The position numbers and the translations under genes were made by a program. From Candidatus Heimdallarchaeota archaeon (GTDB taxonomy: Archaea; Asgardarchaeota; Heimdallarchaeia; Hodarchaeales; Hodarchaeaceae), in the NCBI GenBank assembly GCA_020353515.1, contig CP070695.1:1207537-1271536 (forward strand): a stretch of DNA of 64,000 nt, read 5' to 3'. Position 1 is the stretch's first letter. Each line of letters begins with the position of its first letter. Shown here in pieces: positions 58,630 to 64,000 of this stretch. The notes under the pieces are model-generated. The model was given only the letters and a program-made list of their open reading frames with translations. It was not told where the DNA came from and searched no databases.

Positions 58630-59916
58630 CTAAACATGTTCAACCACAGTAGCGATACCAACACCACCACCCCCGCATAGTGTCTGGATCCCGTAGTGTT
58701 TGTTCTCATTTACTAAATAATGAGCCATATCACAGAAATAATGTGTTCCTGACGAACCAATTGCATGACCTGTGGATATTGCTCCCCCGTAAGGATTTAC
58801 TCGCGGATCATCAAATGGATAATTAAAATGCTTAGCAAACGCAAGACACGGGGAAGCAAATGCTTCATTTGGTTCAATACAATCCATATCTTTCATCTCA
58901 AGACCTGCTCTTTGTAAAGCACGCTCTTGTGCAGGAATAGGCCCTGTTAACATTAACATGGGATCATCACCAGCGACAGCTGTCGAAAGAATGCGTACCA
59001 TAGGTTTTAATCCAAGTTTATCTGCTTTCTCGCGAGACATAAGCATAACTGCTGAAGCACCATCTGTAATTTGGGATGAGTTTCCTGCAGTCACTCTGCC
59101 ATTATCAGGTCGAAAAACAGGAGATAGTGCTTGGATTTGAGCCCATGCTGTATTAGGATCATCAATAGCTATTGTACGGACTGTTTGATCCTCTGTTACT
59201 GTTTTTGTTTCAAACGATCCCTCTGGATTTTCAATAGTAACCTCAAAAGGTACAACGCGCTTCTCATACGCTTCTTTATCCCTCATTGCTCGTGTTGCCT
59301 TTTGATGGGACCATAAACCGAACCTATCCATATCCTCTCTGGTTAAATCATACTTTTCTGCAACCAGCTCCGCAGACTCTCCTTGTACAAAGCTCATTCG
59401 TTCTTGAAGTTCAGCCATACGGGTGTCAGCCATGTGACAATAGATGTTGTCAACAGGGTACATAAATCCAACCTGGAAATCAATTCCCATGGGGTAGTGT
59501 GTCAGATTTTCGACACCTGCAGCTATCATAATATCCCCATCACCCACTCTAATTGCGTTCGCACATGTGTTAACGGCTTGTAAACCTGCATTGCAATACC
59601 TGTTGACCGTTGCACCAGCTACTATATCTGGAATGTTCTTTGCCATCAATTGTGCAATCCGAGCAAGATTACCTCCTTGCTCACCAATTTGAGTTAAAAT
59701 ACCGACATGTACATCCTCTATTTCATGAGGATCAAATGAGCTTGATTGATTTGATACCCGATCAACCAACATTTCTAAAATACCTGCTAACATATCTTGT
59801 GAAGACATGTTTCTGTAATATCCCCCATATTTCGCCATTTGAGCCCTAGAAGATTTCCCCATTGGTAATCGAATTGCATCAACAACAACACATTCTCTTA
59901 GTTCCTTGTTTCCCAT
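58630..59916 (-). CDS. Thiolase (acetyl-CoA C-acyltransferase)
   Basis: NRYCNAG, TAGNSSQITDGAS, NEAFA, GHAIGSSG and LCGGGG motifs. Confidence 0.93.
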   Translation of the reverse strand: MGNKELRECVVVDAIRLPMGKSSRAQMAKYGGYYRNMSSQDMLAGILEMLVDRVSNQSSSFDPHEIEDVHVGILTQIGEQGGNLARIAQLMAKNIPDIVAGATVNRYCNAGLQAVNTCANAIRVGDGDIMIAAGVENLTHYPMGIDFQVGFMYPVDNIYCHMADTRMAELQERMSFVQGESAELVAEKYDLTREDMDRFGLWSHQKATRAMRDKEAYEKRVVPFEVTIENPEGSFETKTVTEDQTVRTIAIDDPNTAWAQIQALSPVFRPDNGRVTAGNSSQITDGASAVMLMSREKADKLGLKPMVRILSTAVAGDDPMLMLTGPIPAQERALQRAGLEMKDMDCIEPNEAFASPCLAFAKHFNYPFDDPRVNPYGGAISTGHAIGSSGTHYFCDMAHYLVNENKHYGIQTLCGGGGVGIATVVEHV

Positions 59917-60127
59917 TAAAAAAACCTCAACTTTCCAATGTTACTCAAATTTTAAGTCAATTTTATTTATATTTTTCCCCTATAACCCGAAAGTAACTAA
60001 AAAACAACTATTTTGAAGACATATTGGATTTTGAAAGAAGAATTACAATTCTAAAATTTTAGAAAAAAGAAAATATCTACATCCTAGTAATATAATTTAC
60101 ATACATATAGAACCACAGTGATTAGAG

Positions 60128-61165
60128 ATGTTCTCAATAGACTTTGAAACCGCTTTTAACAAGATTAAACAATTGAAAATGACTGTTCTTCCCGATTTCT
60201 TTCTCGATGTCATTATAGATCCACATATGCCTTACGAACAGTTAATCCAAGAGATTCAAACTGTGTACTCCAGAGGGGGAGGGAATCTTCTTGGACCAGA
60301 AGCCCGTTTTATCGCAGGGGGAAATGGAGGGAATGTAGCTAAAACTTTGGCAGGTTTGGGGATTTCTACCACCTTTATATGCGAAACATCTCAACTAGGT
60401 AAACAGCTTATTGAATTCTTTATGCATCCGCTTGGAGTAAAAACTCTTATAACAACAACTGGTGATATGGCGAGTTCAATAATTTTAGAAATTCCCCATG
60501 GGACAGATAAACATAATGTGATGTTCTCAACCTCTGGAAGTGTTACCGATTTTTCTTCAAAGAAGCTAACACCTGAACAATGGAATGTACTTAAAGAGAG
60601 CCATTCTATCGCGATATGCAATGCACAGAATTATCAAATGGAAGATCTTGTTGAAGCTATTCTTCGAGAAGTCCCACCTTCCATTGCAGTTTCAGTTGAT
60701 TTTTCAGACTTGACACCACATCTTCAACGGATTGAGGGATTTAGACACCGCATCTTAGAGCATCCTACAAGATCTCCATCATTCATTACTGGTAATGAAA
60801 CTGAAGTTCAATTATTAGCGAAAGAACACAACAAGACCCCAGAGGAAGCAATCAAGATATTGTCATCATCTTACTCAGAAATTATATTTGGATTACATAT
60901 GGCAACTAAAGCGGAAATATGGAAAAATGGTGAACAACTGTCCATTGAACCATGTTTCAAGATTTCTGTTCTTAATGCAACGGGCGCAGGAGATAGTTGG
61001 CATGCAGGCTTCATGACTGGATGGAAATTAGGACTATCCATTTCAGAATCAACAATATTTGCCAATGCAGTTGCTGCATATCAAATCTCAACGGGAAAAA
61101 TTGGTTCATTAAAAGAGATTATCAGTTTTAAAACATCTACACCCTGTTATAATCTGTCAACTTAG
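60128..61165 (+). CDS. PfkB/ribokinase-family carbohydrate kinase
   Basis: GGNGGNVA, NETE and ATGAGDSWHAG motifs. Confidence 0.85.
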   Translation: MFSIDFETAFNKIKQLKMTVLPDFFLDVIIDPHMPYEQLIQEIQTVYSRGGGNLLGPEARFIAGGNGGNVAKTLAGLGISTTFICETSQLGKQLIEFFMHPLGVKTLITTTGDMASSIILEIPHGTDKHNVMFSTSGSVTDFSSKKLTPEQWNVLKESHSIAICNAQNYQMEDLVEAILREVPPSIAVSVDFSDLTPHLQRIEGFRHRILEHPTRSPSFITGNETEVQLLAKEHNKTPEEAIKILSSSYSEIIFGLHMATKAEIWKNGEQLSIEPCFKISVLNATGAGDSWHAGFMTGWKLGLSISESTIFANAVAAYQISTGKIGSLKEIISFKTSTPCYNLST

Positions 61166-61369
61166 TATTAAAACGAGAAAAGAAGAAAAATACAAGTTTT
61201 AAATTATAAAATTCTTTCTACAAACAATATATGAAAAATAATATTTCACCCATATGATGAATACATATGCTTAAGTAGTTTGGTTTATTACGCTCTCACT
61301 GTTGGATTAACGAAGTGTAACGCAATTAAGTGAAAAAAACAACAGTTCTTTGGTTATCGAGGTTTATCA

Positions 61370-62476
61370 ATGGCACTTAATGGAAATGTTGTATTAATTG
61401 TTGGTACTGGTACTATCGGCGAACCGTTAACTGGATTATTAGCGGCATTATCTAAGGAACTAGGAATCGACGAATTAATATTTTATAAACACACACCTAG
61501 ACTAACAGATCGTCCCATGATACGAGGATTGCTTTCAAAAGGCGCCCATATGTGCTGTCAGATAGAAAAATTCAATAAATTCCGTGAAATGGGAGTAGAA
61601 CCGACCTACACCTTTGAGGATGCCCTTGCAAAGGCAACTGTTGTTGCAGATTGTTCAACTGAAGGGATGGGTGTTCGAAATCGTTTTTTATTCTATGAAA
61701 ATGTCAAAGAGGAAGTCAGAGCCTTCTTAGCCCAAGGATCAGAACATGGTTTTGGTATTCCCTACGGCGTCGGACTCAATGATCGTGTCCTCCATAGAAG
61801 GAATTCACAATTTTTACAAGTTGTCAGCTGTAATACTCATGCAGCATCACGAGTACTTAAGGATTTAGCATTTGATGGGAAAGAAAATAGTATTTTAAGT
61901 GAAGCACGATTTGTTTTTATGAGAAGGGCCACTGATGTTTCTCAAACTGGTAAATTCATAGCAGGACCATCTGTTGGAAAACACAAGGATCATACATTTG
62001 GTACTCACCACGCGAAGGACGTCTATCGTTTATATTCAACATTAGGTCATCATCTCAATGTCTTTTCGAGTGCTATCAAATTAAATACTCAATATATGCA
62101 TACAGCATTTTTTAATCTGGTTTTAGACAAAGAGAAAGCTCTCTCCCTAGATGAGGTTAAGCAAAAATTCAGTGATGATCCGTACGTTGCTGTAACTAAT
62201 AAAACCGATGCTAATGTTATATTCTCCTTTGGCAGAGAATATGGCCACTTTGGTAGAATCCTGAACCAAATTGTAGTTGTCATTCCTAGTTTAATGGTTC
62301 GGCAAAGTGAGCTCTTTACTGATAAAGTAGAAATAGTAGGGTATGCGTATACTCCCCAAGATGGAAATTCCCTCTTAAGCTCAACTTCTGCAATTGCCTT
62401 CTTTTTAGATCCCGACAATGTGACCCTAGGTGAGCCTCTCCCTTGGCTTCGACCATATATGTTCTCTGAAGTCTAA
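61370..62476 (+). CDS. Divergent archaeal type II glyceraldehyde-3-phosphate dehydrogenase-like protein
   Basis: VGTGTIG, AQGSE, VVSCNTH (catalytic Cys), RRATD, THHAKDV and YMH motifs. Confidence 0.75.
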   Translation: MALNGNVVLIVGTGTIGEPLTGLLAALSKELGIDELIFYKHTPRLTDRPMIRGLLSKGAHMCCQIEKFNKFREMGVEPTYTFEDALAKATVVADCSTEGMGVRNRFLFYENVKEEVRAFLAQGSEHGFGIPYGVGLNDRVLHRRNSQFLQVVSCNTHAASRVLKDLAFDGKENSILSEARFVFMRRATDVSQTGKFIAGPSVGKHKDHTFGTHHAKDVYRLYSTLGHHLNVFSSAIKLNTQYMHTAFFNLVLDKEKALSLDEVKQKFSDDPYVAVTNKTDANVIFSFGREYGHFGRILNQIVVVIPSLMVRQSELFTDKVEIVGYAYTPQDGNSLLSSTSAIAFFLDPDNVTLGEPLPWLRPYMFSEV

Positions 62477-63236
62477 AATAATGATCTATATTTTTAATCA
62501 TCATCTCTACTAATGGGAGCATACTAAATTACTTATAAGAGAGGATACTGGTTTCGAACACCCAAGGCATGGAATAAGAATATCCAATATAGGGCTTCGC
62601 AATATATGCGACCGTTAGCGATCTGGGTAATGTATTGGGCGCTAAAAAAACGACTTAAAACAAAACATCTTTGTATGACCAGTACTTGGATTCAATTTTA
62701 TAACGTCTATGTCAATATGTAGCCTTACCATTGTGAAGATATACCTGTGGAATCAATAATTTTAATTTAAATATTATAGCCCACTAGATTCTTTAAATCG
62801 ATGTTAATCTCGTGCTATTTCTGGTTTGAAGCAATTAGTTCTTCGTTAATTACAAATATTTAATTGGAAACTCTTCTAATATGTGGTTAATCATTCGAAA
62901 TAAAAAGTATTAATTCGGATAATTTATCTAGAAAATTTGGTTACATAAATAAAGCCCCATGAAGACCATATACATGCAAAAAAAATAGTAATAAAATTGC
63001 TACTAGAGGTTTCCATCGTTTTTCATATCATATGAAAATACAGCTAAAATAATATGACATCCTATATACTTCTATATTTACAATATGATGTATTATCTTA
63101 TCTCCCTTATAAAATAAAATTCGAAAAATAAGGTTCAAAAGAATAACCTTAAACACTACACGATCTCTTGCAGATTCTCCTGAAACTAGTGGATAAATAC
63201 ACCCAACAGCAATTAACTGCTGATGGGGACTGAAAA

Positions 63237-64000
63237 ATGAATATCTTGAGAAAAAGTCAACCAGTAATAGGTTCCTTGACCATTCTTCTTGTGATTATAC
63301 TTGGCTGCATACCAATACCTCTAGTACCGTCACTTTTACCGAAGGAAACTCTAGAAGAAGGTGGGACTGGTATTGACCCTCTCAAAGAGTCAATGGTCGA
63401 AGTACCGAGATTAATGGAAATAATTAACAGCTATTCTAATCTTGGTTCTGCTCCTAACTTAACAGAAATTCCTTTGGACAATTGTACAGTACCAACTTTC
63501 ACCATTGGAGCTCAAGAAGGACAAGGAGGAGGGAATGTTAACATCAATGACTCATTCAACTTGGTGGACACGCTAGCGGATAGTACGCAAAATAGTATTG
63601 ATGGAGTAGGATATCCAACCGAGAAGAATACCACTATAACAATCTCAACACCACCAGTTTATTCACGACAAGATCTCGTATTTAACATCTCAGGTATCAC
63701 AGCAGAGTATGATTGGCGACTTAGAGAGGCATTAAAGCCAGATTTTACTACAGACTTTACAATACTTTCAACCAATGGATTTAAAGCTTATGCCATGGCG
63801 TTTGAAATTGAGGAAGACTATGCCGCGTTAGACACAATACGTATCTATCATAGTTACAGTTCAAGTCCTACAGGCGAGATTTATATTGTGAATGAAACAA
63901 CTAGTGGACAAACAGAACCCAATAATACCGCAAGAATTTCCTCGATTCAATCTCTTATTCATCAGAGTGGATGGTATGATTATAATTTCTCCTCTGATTC
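63237..64000 (+). CDS. Secreted/surface protein, 5' part (runs off the window end)
   Basis: Manual translation MNILRKSQPVIGSLTILLVIILGCIPIPLVPS... stays open to nt 64000. N-terminal hydrophobic signal and several N-x-S/T sequons. Absent from the ORF track because it has no stop. Confidence 0.8.
   Translation, partial: MNILRKSQPVIGSLTILLVIILGCIPIPLVPSLLPKETLEEGGTGIDPLKESMVEVPRLMEIINSYSNLGSAPNLTEIPLDNCTVPTFTIGAQEGQGGGNVNINDSFNLVDTLADSTQNSIDGVGYPTEKNTTITISTPPVYSRQDLVFNISGITAEYDWRLREALKPDFTTDFTILSTNGFKAYAMAFEIEEDYAALDTIRIYHSYSSSPTGEIYIVNETTSGQTEPNNTARISSIQSLIHQSGWYDYNFSSD

Noticed and set aside
62545-62570. TTCGAA T-loop-like motif suggesting a tRNA
   Set aside because: At most 3 bp of T-stem on either strand; no acceptor stem, D arm or anticodon arm can be built.
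1-64000. The many 60-110 aa ORFs overlapping longer genes in the ORF track
   Set aside because: They are antisense or out-of-frame shadows of well-supported CDSs and carry no recognisable motifs.
1-64000. CRISPR array, rRNA, prophage or intact transposase
   Set aside because: No regularly spaced repeats, no long GC-rich ORF-free tract, and no viral or intact transposase ORFs seen.

Overview
A gene-dense, AT-rich archaeal chromosomal segment, most likely from an Asgard archaeon (Heimdallarchaeia/Hodarchaeales-like; inferred). The evidence is a Rag-like GTPase-roadblock fusion, a longin-like protein, PGF-type C-terminal sorting signals, type II MetAP, an alpha2-type GlyRS and a type II GAPDH-like gene. 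About 50 CDSs cover peptide and amino-acid scavenging (family-5 binding proteins, M32/M42 peptidases, two unrelated proline-oxidation systems, an APC permease), lipid and carbon metabolism, Fe-S assembly, metal transport, two orphan DNA methyltransferases and an OLD-family nuclease. I found no rRNA, tRNA, CRISPR array or intact mobile element. The most interesting signals are substitutions of catalytic residues. (1) An isolated cheC-cheD pair in which CheC has lost both phosphatase Asn residues while the CheD deamidase looks intact. (2) An iscS-iscU-tusA operon whose IscS lacks the PLP Schiff-base lysine. (3) A Rag-like GTPase with no G3 motif. Also notable are a nuclease-less type IIG-like methyltransferase translationally coupled to an ADP-ribosylglycohydrolase, and two differently circularly permuted family-5 binding proteins. 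All calls come from reading motifs by eye; no searches were run.
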